Part shown: positions 56,905 to 64,000 of the stretch, piece after piece
Position numbering within the stretch: position 1 is the stretch's first letter
Layout of the letters: each line of letters opens with the position of its first letter
Source: Acidimicrobiales bacterium
Lineage (GTDB): Bacteria > Actinomycetota > Acidimicrobiia > Acidimicrobiales > VFJN01
NCBI GenBank assembly: GCA_035263165.1
Contig: DATFRN010000113.1
Location: 35,235 to 99,234, forward strand
DNA: 64,000 nt
Direction: 5' to 3'
Notes under the pieces: generated by a model
What the model saw: only the letters and a program-made list of their open reading frames with translations
Databases searched by the model: none
Told to the model about the DNA's origin: nothing
Made by a program: the position numbers and the translations under genes

Positions 56905-57762
56905 ATGATCAGTCCCTATGTACGTCGCTTGCGACTGGCCGCGGAACTGCGGTCGCTGCGCGCCGAGGGGGGACTGACCCACGAGCAGCTGGCCCGCAAG
57001 ATCGGTCAGAGCCGGGCCCAGATCTCCCGCCTGGAGAACGGCCACGTCGTCGATCAGGACGACGTGATGAAGATCCTCGACGCCCTCGGCGTCGACGACA
57101 CCACCTGGACGCGCATCATGACGATCGCCCGGGAGGCGGGCGAGCGGGGCTGGTGGGAGTCGAACCGGGCCATGGGCGAGCGCCAGGCGCTCTACGCCAA
57201 CCTGGAGGCCGGCGCCCAGACCATCCGCGAGTTCCAGATGACCTTCATCCCCGGCCTGCTCCAGACGCCCGAGTTCACCCGGGCCCGCAGCGAGGCCGAC
57301 CAGGGCGCCGGCGCCACCAGCTTCAGCGCCGACAAGGCGGCCGACGGGCGGCTGGGCCGCCAGCGCATGCTGCGACGGCCGGGCGGCCCCACCTACGAGG
57401 TCATCCTGGACGAGCTCGCCATCCGCCGGGGCGCCGCGCCCCGCGAGGTGGTGAAGGCGCAGCTGTACCACATCGCCGCCACGGTCAACGGCAACCCCAA
57501 GATCACCTCCCGGGTGCTGCCGGTCCAGGCCAACATCGAGAACTACAGCGTCCCCCGCTCGGCGTTCTCGATCTACACCTTCTCCGACCCCGACGACCCC
57601 ACCGTGGTGGCGGTGGACACGGTGACCGACGACCTGGTGCTCACCGGGGACGACGACGTGTCCCGCTACGAGGAGCTGTTCGACCGGCTGCGCGACGCCG
57701 CGCTGCCGATGCAGGACAGCCTCGAGCTGCTGATCGACGCCGCCCAGCTGGCCGGTCGCTGA
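56905..57762 (+). CDS. XRE-family HTH regulator with DUF5753 C-terminal domain (WhiJ/Scr1-like)
   Basis: LRSLRAEGGLTHEQLARKIGQSRAQISRLENG followed by a conserved C-terminal body (IPGLLQTPEFTRA...). Typical partner of DUF397. Confidence 0.85.
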   Translation: MISPYVRRLRLAAELRSLRAEGGLTHEQLARKIGQSRAQISRLENGHVVDQDDVMKILDALGVDDTTWTRIMTIAREAGERGWWESNRAMGERQALYANLEAGAQTIREFQMTFIPGLLQTPEFTRARSEADQGAGATSFSADKAADGRLGRQRMLRRPGGPTYEVILDELAIRRGAAPREVVKAQLYHIAATVNGNPKITSRVLPVQANIENYSVPRSAFSIYTFSDPDDPTVVAVDTVTDDLVLTGDDDVSRYEELFDRLRDAALPMQDSLELLIDAAQLAGR

Positions 57763-58006
57763 GCTCCGGGCCGGGCGCGACCCCGTCGCGGCCGCCGGCC
57801 ACCACGCGGAGAGCGCCTGTATCGCCCTCTTGCGCGCCCGCTGAGGCGCGGCGGGCGGCTGCGAAATCACTCTGCGCGCGATCAGGCAAATTGCCCTTGC
57901 GTTCCGTGGCGATACAGAGCATTGTCCCTGTACCGTCAGTTAAATCGGGGCTGTCCAAGCAAGCGTGCTGATCCGCCCTTAGATCAATCCGAGAGGACCA
58001 AACGTC

Positions 58007-58216
58007 ATGCTGAGTGACGACGTGTTCACGCATTGGCGCAAGTCGAGCCTGTCGAGCGGCGGGGACAACTGCGTCGAGATCGGCTTCGCGGCCGATGGCC
58101 GGGTCGCCGTGCGGGACACCAAGCAGAACGGCGAGGGCCCTGTCCTGGTGTTCTTCCCCTCCGAGTGGGAAGCGTTCCTGGGTGGCATCGCCAACGGAGA
58201 GTTCGATCACGCGTGA
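58007..58216 (+). CDS. DUF397 (BldB-like) small protein
   Basis: WRKSSLSSGGDNCVEIGF...VAVRDTK...GPVLVFFPSEWEAFLGGI is the canonical DUF397 pattern. Confidence 0.85.
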   Translation: MLSDDVFTHWRKSSLSSGGDNCVEIGFAADGRVAVRDTKQNGEGPVLVFFPSEWEAFLGGIANGEFDHA

Positions 58217-58359
58217 CGCTCCACCGAGCGTCAGGAACGCCTTGCGCTACGTAACGAACGGATAGATACTGGGGACGAATCAAGAAGCTGGACTGTCCGC
58301 CGATCTGAGCGGACCGACGACATGATCTGTCAGATCAAGGCCTGAGGGATGGGGGAGCA

Positions 58360-58536
58360 GTGTCCGTAGGCCGAGTTGTCAACGAACTACCGCTGGCCGG
58401 GGTGGCGACCGCAGTGTCGACGGTCGCCTCCCCGGCCACCGGCCCCCGGGCGATCGTTCCCCCCGATCCCCAGGCCGGCCGGCTGGCCGCCGTCAGGCCG
58501 CGGCCGGAAACTGCCGGGGGCCATACCCGTGCTTGA
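58360..58536 (+). CDS. Possible 58-aa ORF (hypothetical)
   Basis: Not in the track. GTG follows GAGGGATGGGGGAG, and GC3 is high by eye. Its stop overlaps the next candidate start by 8 nt. Weak evidence. Confidence 0.2.
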   Translation: MSVGRVVNELPLAGVATAVSTVASPATGPRAIVPPDPQAGRLAAVRPRPETAGGHTRA

Positions 58537-58813
58537 CGCGCTGGGGCGTTTGGCACGGGGGGTGCGGCGACTGGCGGCACGGCGGGAGACCGGTGCTCCG
58601 GATGCGGCGGGTCGTGCCGCCCGGCAGCCTCGGGGCATTCCCGACCGTGACCGCCAGTCCCGCTACTGCCGGGCGTCCGGATGGCGCCTGCGGGCCAGCT
58701 GCACCGACCTCGACGGCGACACCATCTGCCCGCTGTGCAGCCGCAGCGTGCGCACCCACCGCGACGACGCCGTCCGCTACGCCGTGCAGGTGATACCCGA
58801 TCACGTAGCGTGA
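58529..58813 (+). CDS. Possible small Arg-rich protein with Cys4 zinc-ribbon-like C-terminus (hypothetical)
   Basis: The 3' half has strong GC3 bias and reads YCRASGWRLRASCTDLDGDTICPLCSRSV. The start is uncertain; the track ORF opens at 58376. Confidence 0.35.
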   Translation: MLDALGRLARGVRRLAARRETGAPDAAGRAARQPRGIPDRDRQSRYCRASGWRLRASCTDLDGDTICPLCSRSVRTHRDDAVRYAVQVIPDHVA

Positions 58814-58860
58814 GTCGTTCGCCGCGCTGACCTGCTACCGCCGAGCGGGTCCGGCGCGCG

Positions 58861-58894
58861 CTGGAGGCCGGCGTCACCCGACGCCGGCCTCCAG
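58861..58894. terminator. Perfect 15-bp hairpin between convergent genes (bidirectional terminator candidate)
   Basis: CTGGAGGCCGGCGTC-accc-GACGCCGGCCTCCAG, between the small + ORF stop (58813) and the minus-strand gene stop (58917). Confidence 0.55.
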
Positions 58895-58916
58895 TCATGC
58901 TTGCGCAGGTGCCAGG

Positions 58917-59945
58917 TCAGAACTGGCCGGCCCCGAGGTCGATGCCGACCTGGATCAGGGCCTGGGCGGCCGGGTCGACGTTGACCCGGTCCCGGCCGTC
59001 GCCGGTGTTGACCTGCAGCTTGTCGGTCGGCTCGGCGCCCGAGACGTGGTCCGCGACCCGCAGGCCGGTCACGTCCACCCCGGTGCCGTCGGCCCGCACC
59101 GCCACCCTGTCGGGGGCGTCGGAGCCGGTCACGGTCACGGTGTCCAGGGACCCGTCGCCGCCGCCGGCCGGGCCGGACAGGTCGATGTCGGCCTGCCGGA
59201 AGTCCGTGCCGGTCATGTCGCCGACGAGCATCGTGTCGCTGCCGCCGAGGGCGGTCAGGTCGAGCCGCTCGACGTCGTCCATGTCCATGCGGATGTTGGC
59301 CACGTCCCGCAGGAACAGGGCCCGCTCGCCGTTGGGCACGAGCTGCATGTTCTCGTTGGCGGCCGCGCCGTTGAAGTCGAGCGTGTCGAAGCCGGCCTGG
59401 CCCTCGATGTGGTCGGAGCCGTCGCCCGGGTCCCAGCGGAACGTGTCCTGGCCCGAGCCCATGACGCCGGTGTCGTCGCCCCGGTTGGGGTCGGCCGAGT
59501 CGCGGCCGCTGCCGCCGAAGTAGACCTCCGCGCCGTCGCCACCGCTGAACGTGTCGTTGCCGCTGCCGGCGAAGACCGTGATCGCCTCGTCGGCGAACGC
59601 GCCGTTGGCCTGGTCGATGCGCAGGCTGTCGTCGCCGGCGCCGCTGTCGACCACGATCCGGCTGAATGTGGCCCGGTCGAAGGTGTGCTCTGCCGTGCCG
59701 TCGTCGCCGACGTCGACCTGGAGCTGAGTGGCGTCGCCGGGGGCGAGCCGCAGGGCCAGCCGGTCGGCGGCCCGCCCGCTGATCACGGTGAGCGTGTCGC
59801 TGGCGACGGCGGCCGTGGTGCCCGTCGAGGTCGCCCCGGCGGGGCCGGCCACGGCCAGGCCCGCGGTCAGGGCCGCGAGCGCGGCGACGCCGGCGGCGCC
59901 CGCCCGGGCGACCCGGCGCGCGCCGAAGGTGGTGGTGGTGTCCAT
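58917..59945 (-). CDS. Secreted calcium-binding protein with RTX-like GG.G.D repeats
   Basis: Signal peptide ...ALTAGLAVAGPAGA. Repeats GAGDDSL, GSGNDTFSGGDGAEVYFGGSGRDS, GSGQDTF and GDGSDHIEGQAGFDTL. Confidence 0.7.
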   Translation of the reverse strand: MDTTTTFGARRVARAGAAGVAALAALTAGLAVAGPAGATSTGTTAAVASDTLTVISGRAADRLALRLAPGDATQLQVDVGDDGTAEHTFDRATFSRIVVDSGAGDDSLRIDQANGAFADEAITVFAGSGNDTFSGGDGAEVYFGGSGRDSADPNRGDDTGVMGSGQDTFRWDPGDGSDHIEGQAGFDTLDFNGAAANENMQLVPNGERALFLRDVANIRMDMDDVERLDLTALGGSDTMLVGDMTGTDFRQADIDLSGPAGGGDGSLDTVTVTGSDAPDRVAVRADGTGVDVTGLRVADHVSGAEPTDKLQVNTGDGRDRVNVDPAAQALIQVGIDLGAGQF

Positions 59946-60069
59946 GTTCTCCTCTTCCGCGTCGTGCCGGCGGGGGAGGCGCCGGCACGATCAGTGGACG
60001 CCACGAGCACGCGCGGTGGCATCGGGCAGATGCCGTATTCGCGCCTTAGGGAGGCCTCAGCCGGAGGCC

Positions 60070-61491
60070 TCAGTGGTGGAAGGCGTCGCGCCTCTCGGGC
60101 TGTGGGAGCGGGGCGGGCAGCCCGTCGAAGTACTCGATGTGACGCTGGAGGTCGGCGAGGAGGAGGTCGGCCAGGTCGCGGGACATGCCGTTGCGGATGA
60201 CCACCCGCAGCACGGCCAGGTCCTCGCGCTCCTCCGGGAAGGTGTAGGCCGGCACCAGCCAACCCCGGTCCCGCAGGCGCTCGGACAGGTCGAACACCGT
60301 GTAGGGCCGGTCGCCGGCCTCGAGGGCGAAGGCGAACACGGGCAGCTCGCTGCCGTCGGTGATGAGCTTGAACGGGCCCAGCCCGGCGACGGCGTCGGCC
60401 GTGTAGCGGGCGGTGTCGCGGGCGGCCTGCTGCACCCGGCGGTAGCCGTCGAAGCCGAGGCGGACGAAGTTGTAGTACTGGGCCGCCACCTGGTTGCCGG
60501 GCCGGGAGAAGTTGAGCGCGAACGTCGGCATGTGGCCGCCGAGGTAGTTGACGTCGAACACCAGGTCCGGGTGCAGGGCGTCGGGGTTGCGCCAGATGAT
60601 CCAGCCGACGCCGGGGTAGACCAGCCCGTACTTGTGGCCCGAGGCGTTGATCGACTGCACCCGGTCGAGCCGGAAGTCCCACACCAGCTCGGGGTCGATG
60701 AACGGGGCGACGAACCCGCCCGAGGCCCCGTCCACGTGCACCGGCACGTCGGGCCCTCCGCCGGCGGCCAGCGTGTCCAGCGCGTGGCAGATGTCCGCCA
60801 CCGGCTCGTACGACCCGTCGAACGTCGACCCCAGCACCGCGACGACGCCGATCGTGTTCTCGTCGACGGCGGCGGCCGCGGTCTCGGCGGTGAGGTGGAA
60901 CGTGTCGCCCTTCATCGGCACCAGCCGGGCCTCGACGTCCCAGTAGCGGCAGAACTTCTCCCAGCACACCTGGACGTTGGCCCCCATGACCATGTTGGGC
61001 CGGTCGGTGGGCCTGCCGGCCGCCTTCTGGCGGTCGCGCCAGCGCCACTTGAGCGCCATGCCGGCCAGCATCGCGGCCTCGCTCGACCCTGTCGTCGACG
61101 TCCCCGTCGCCTCCTCGTGGTCGGGCGAGTTCCACAGCCGGCTGAGCATGTTGACGCAGCGCTGCTCGAGCTCGGCCGTGCGGGGGTACTCGTCCTTGTC
61201 GACCATGTTCTTGTCGAACGTCTGGGTCATGAGCACCGTGACCTGGGGCTCCATCCACGTGGTCACGAACGTCGCCAGGTTGAGCCGGGCGTTCCCGTCG
61301 AGCATCAGCTCGTCGTGGACGAACTGGTAGGCGGTGTCGGGGTGCATCTCGCCCTCGGGCATCACGTGCCGGGGGGCGCGGGAGGCCTCGCCGTGGCGGG
61401 TGTAGAGGGGGCTGACCTCGATCGACGCGTCGGTGTCATGGTGCTTGCGGTGTAGGGCCACGGGCCCAGCAGACGCCGTGGCGGCGGCCAC
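60070..61491 (-). CDS. gad: Glutamate decarboxylase (PLP, group II)
   Basis: DELMLDGNARLNLATFVTTWMEP, and INASGHKYGLVYPGVGW (PLP Lys). Start at GTG 61491 or 61461. Confidence 0.9.
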   Translation of the reverse strand: MAAATASAGPVALHRKHHDTDASIEVSPLYTRHGEASRAPRHVMPEGEMHPDTAYQFVHDELMLDGNARLNLATFVTTWMEPQVTVLMTQTFDKNMVDKDEYPRTAELEQRCVNMLSRLWNSPDHEEATGTSTTGSSEAAMLAGMALKWRWRDRQKAAGRPTDRPNMVMGANVQVCWEKFCRYWDVEARLVPMKGDTFHLTAETAAAAVDENTIGVVAVLGSTFDGSYEPVADICHALDTLAAGGGPDVPVHVDGASGGFVAPFIDPELVWDFRLDRVQSINASGHKYGLVYPGVGWIIWRNPDALHPDLVFDVNYLGGHMPTFALNFSRPGNQVAAQYYNFVRLGFDGYRRVQQAARDTARYTADAVAGLGPFKLITDGSELPVFAFALEAGDRPYTVFDLSERLRDRGWLVPAYTFPEEREDLAVLRVVIRNGMSRDLADLLLADLQRHIEYFDGLPAPLPQPERRDAFHH

Positions 61492-61561
61492 GGCATCCCC
61501 CGCAGAGGATGAATCCCCGGTGGATCATGCCGCCCTAACACGGCGCCCGTAGCGTCCCGGC

Positions 61562-62542
61562 ATGGCTGCGCCGACCCGCCTCCGCCGCCGGCGCCGGGGC
61601 GCGCTGGTCGCCGTGGCCGCGCTGGTGCTGCTGGCGGGCCCGGCGGCCTGCGTCCCGGTCACGCCGTCGACCGCCTTCGAGACCTGGTCGTTCGAGGGGT
61701 TCGACGTGGTGTCGTCGATCCCTGACGACCCGGTCGGGCTCGTCTGGCTGTTCCACGGCACCGGCGGCGGCGCACGGTTCGCCACCCGGGTCGAGACCGT
61801 CGACACGCTCAACGAACTGCTGGCTCGGGGCTACGGGTTCGTCGCCACGGAGAGCACCGAGCGGACGGGCGACCGGCGCTGGGACGTGGTCGACCCGTCG
61901 CCCGCCACCAACCCCGACCTGGCCCGCCTCGCCCGGCTCCAGCAGCACCTGATCGACACGACGGGGGTGACGGCGTCGACGCCGCTGCTGGGCCTGGGCA
62001 TGTCCAACGGCGCCCGCTTCGTGAGCCTGTGGGGCCAGGAGTGGGCCGACGCCGGCCAACCGGTGCGGTCCGTGGCGCTGTACATGGGCCGCATCGCCGC
62101 GCCGGTCACGGCCGCCGGTGGGCTCACGGTGCCGGCCTGGTTCGTCACCGCCGAGAACGACGTCACCGTGCCGCCGGTCGGGGTCCTGGCCGACTACGGG
62201 CGGGCCGTCTCCGCGGGGACGCCGGCCGGCCTGTCGGTCGCCCGGGAGCAGCCGCTGGCCGCGGCCCGGTTCCTGCGCATCCCCGGGGTCGACGCCGGCA
62301 CGGCGGATGCCACCTTCGCGGCGCTGGTGGCCACGGGGGCGTGGGACGCGGCCGGCACCCGCCAGGTCCCGATCGACGAGGCGATCGCCCGGGCCGCCTC
62401 CGCCGACCTGCCCGCCGCCGCCCGACCGGTGGCCAACGAGGTGGCCAACCAGGTGGCGTTGGTGCTCGCGGTCCACCAGATGCGGGGCGACGTCAAGGTG
62501 CCGGTGGCGGACTTCTTCGACGCCCACCTCTCCCCAAGCTAG
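61562..62542 (+). CDS. Lipoprotein, alpha/beta-hydrolase (esterase/depolymerase-like)
   Basis: Signal peptide with lipobox LLAGPAAC. HGTGGG and nucleophile elbow GMSNG. Confidence 0.6.
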   Translation: MAAPTRLRRRRRGALVAVAALVLLAGPAACVPVTPSTAFETWSFEGFDVVSSIPDDPVGLVWLFHGTGGGARFATRVETVDTLNELLARGYGFVATESTERTGDRRWDVVDPSPATNPDLARLARLQQHLIDTTGVTASTPLLGLGMSNGARFVSLWGQEWADAGQPVRSVALYMGRIAAPVTAAGGLTVPAWFVTAENDVTVPPVGVLADYGRAVSAGTPAGLSVAREQPLAAARFLRIPGVDAGTADATFAALVATGAWDAAGTRQVPIDEAIARAASADLPAAARPVANEVANQVALVLAVHQMRGDVKVPVADFFDAHLSPS

Positions 62543-62579
62543 AGGGGTAGTTCTAGAACTTCTCGTCTAGGATCCCGTG

Positions 62580-64000
62580 ATGGCGACGGACGGCGCGGGC
62601 GGCGTGGGGCTCGCGGCCGCGGCCGGCCCGGACGGCCTCCCGGAGGACGACACCCCGCCGCGCCCCGGGCGGCGGTTCCGGCCCGATCCGGTGCTGGTGG
62701 TGGCGGCCCTGCTCGTGCTGGTCCCGACGCTGGTGGCGATGGGGTCGGCGCTGCGCAACCCGTGGGCGCCCACCAACGACTGGGCCCTGCTCGAGCTCCA
62801 GGTCCGCCAGGTGGGCACGGCGCACACCCCGCTGCTCGGGGCCTGGTCCCGCTTCGGCTGGCGCCACCCGGGGCCGCTGCCCTTCTACCTCATGGCCCTG
62901 CCCTACCGGCTCGCCGCCCCGGAGCACGGGCTGCTCTTCGCCGCGGGCGTCGTCAACTTCCTGGCCACGCTCGGCTGCGTGGCGGTGGCCGTCCGTCACC
63001 CCCGCCGGCGGGCCCTGACCCTGCTGGCCGGCCTGGCCGTCCTGGAGCGGGGCCTCGGCATCAGCCAGCTCGGCGACCCCTGGAACCCGACCCTGCCCAT
63101 CGTCCCCTTCGCCCTGTTCGTGCTGCTGTGCCTGGAACTGGTGCTCGGCCCCCGGCGCTGGACGTTGCCGGCGCTCGTCGGGGTGGCGTCGTTCGTCGTG
63201 CAGGCCCACGTGGGGTTCGCCCAGCCGGTGGCGGTCATCGGCGCGGCGACGGCTGCGCTGTGGTGGCTGGAGCACCGCCGCCTGCCCGCCCGGCGACGCC
63301 TGGTGCCGGCCGCGGTGGTGGCCGGCCTCGCCTGGCTGCCGGTGGCGTTCGACGAGGTGGTCCGGACCGGCAACCTCAGCACGATCGTGCGGTGGTCGTC
63401 GGGCGCGTCGGTCGCCCCCGGGATGGGCCGGCTGACCGAGGGCACCATGACCGCCCACCGGGCCGTCGGCGCCCTGGCCTGGCTGGTCGACCCCACCGGG
63501 CTGTGGATCGGCAACGTCACCCCGATCAACGCCTTCGGCTACCCGCTGCTCGGCCAGAGCTCGCGGCTGCTGCTGGTGGTGGTGGCCGCGATGCTGGCCG
63601 CGGCGCTGGTCCTCGCCCGCCGGGCCCCGCTGGCCGACGGCTACGGCCGGGCGGTGCGGGCCGCAGCCGGGCTGGCCGCGGCCGGCCTGGCGGCCACCGC
63701 CACCGACCTGCTCACCGCCCGGGGCCTGCCGGTGTTCTGGCCGTTCCGGTGGGTGGCGGTCGTGACGATGACGGTGTTCGTCGCCCTGGGGTTCGCGGTG
63801 GCCGGCGTCGCCGCCCGGCGGGTCCCGGCGCTGGACGACCCCGCCTGGCGGCCCCGCCCGGGCGCGGGCGGCCGGCGGGGCCTGGCGGCGGCGGGGGCGG
63901 CGCTGGCCCTGGTCGCCGTGCCGGTGGCGGCGACCGTGTGGGGCGGCAGCCTCGGCCACCAGCCGGAGGAGGCGCAGTCTCATGCCCTGCTGCGACTGGT
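62580..64000 (+). CDS. Polytopic integral membrane protein, 3' end beyond window (possibly GT-C-type glycosyltransferase)
   Basis: Absent from the ORF track because it has no stop in the window. My translation from ATG 62580 stays open to base 64000, with high GC3 and at least 8 hydrophobic segments. The 476-aa minus-strand track ORF here is Arg/Gly-rich shadow. Confidence 0.5.
   Translation, partial: MATDGAGGVGLAAAAGPDGLPEDDTPPRPGRRFRPDPVLVVAALLVLVPTLVAMGSALRNPWAPTNDWALLELQVRQVGTAHTPLLGAWSRFGWRHPGPLPFYLMALPYRLAAPEHGLLFAAGVVNFLATLGCVAVAVRHPRRRALTLLAGLAVLERGLGISQLGDPWNPTLPIVPFALFVLLCLELVLGPRRWTLPALVGVASFVVQAHVGFAQPVAVIGAATAALWWLEHRRLPARRRLVPAAVVAGLAWLPVAFDEVVRTGNLSTIVRWSSGASVAPGMGRLTEGTMTAHRAVGALAWLVDPTGLWIGNVTPINAFGYPLLGQSSRLLLVVVAAMLAAALVLARRAPLADGYGRAVRAAAGLAAAGLAATATDLLTARGLPVFWPFRWVAVVTMTVFVALGFAVAGVAARRVPALDDPAWRPRPGAGGRRGLAAAGAALALVAVPVAATVWGGSLGHQPEEAQSHALLRL

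Overview
Very GC-rich, densely coding chromosomal segment of an Actinomycetota-type genome. I call about 65 protein genes, one tRNA and one decayed IS element. I saw no rRNA, CRISPR array, integrase or prophage. All calls come from reading the supplied translations and the DNA by eye; nothing was searched or computed, and start codons are approximate.

Content:
- Housekeeping genes: leuCD with a divergent IclR regulator, bioA-bioF-bioD, smpB, mec-cysM, an MBL hydrolase followed by rph and rdgB (an order recalling the M. tuberculosis Rv1334-Rv1341 neighbourhood), acn, a lone clpP, rpe, modABC, cspA and infA, glutamate decarboxylase, and a polyprenyl synthase-TetR-M13 peptidase operon.
- Regulators: a SigB/F-type partner-switching set, a NarL-type two-component pair, an ECF sigma with a putative anti-sigma, PadR, and XRE/DUF397.
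- Many long Arg/Pro/Gly-rich ORFs in the track are shadow frames of real genes and were discarded.
- One real ORF is missing from the track because it has no stop in the window (62580 to the window end, + strand).

Most worth a second look:
1. A signal-peptide-less M14 carboxypeptidase plus C11 clostripain-like cysteine peptidase pair (54.1-56.8 kb), next to an XRE/DUF397 pair. It lies inside a patch (51.5-60 kb) with long AT-richer structured spacers, an animal-type haem peroxidase, tiny overlapping ORFs and an RTX-like protein.
2. A perfectly folding class-I-shaped tRNA with a Leu UAG anticodon and Leu-type D arm but no long variable arm (24985-25058).
3. A co-directional, translationally coupled cluster (31.5-37 kb): a rifampicin-phosphotransferase-like PEP-utilising enzyme, two small membrane proteins, a PQQ-type beta-propeller and a MEDS/HATPase regulator.
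4. A three-domain wall hydrolase (M23, FG-GAP repeats, GH19-like).

I cannot show that any of these is a new system. The protease pair is my best candidate.
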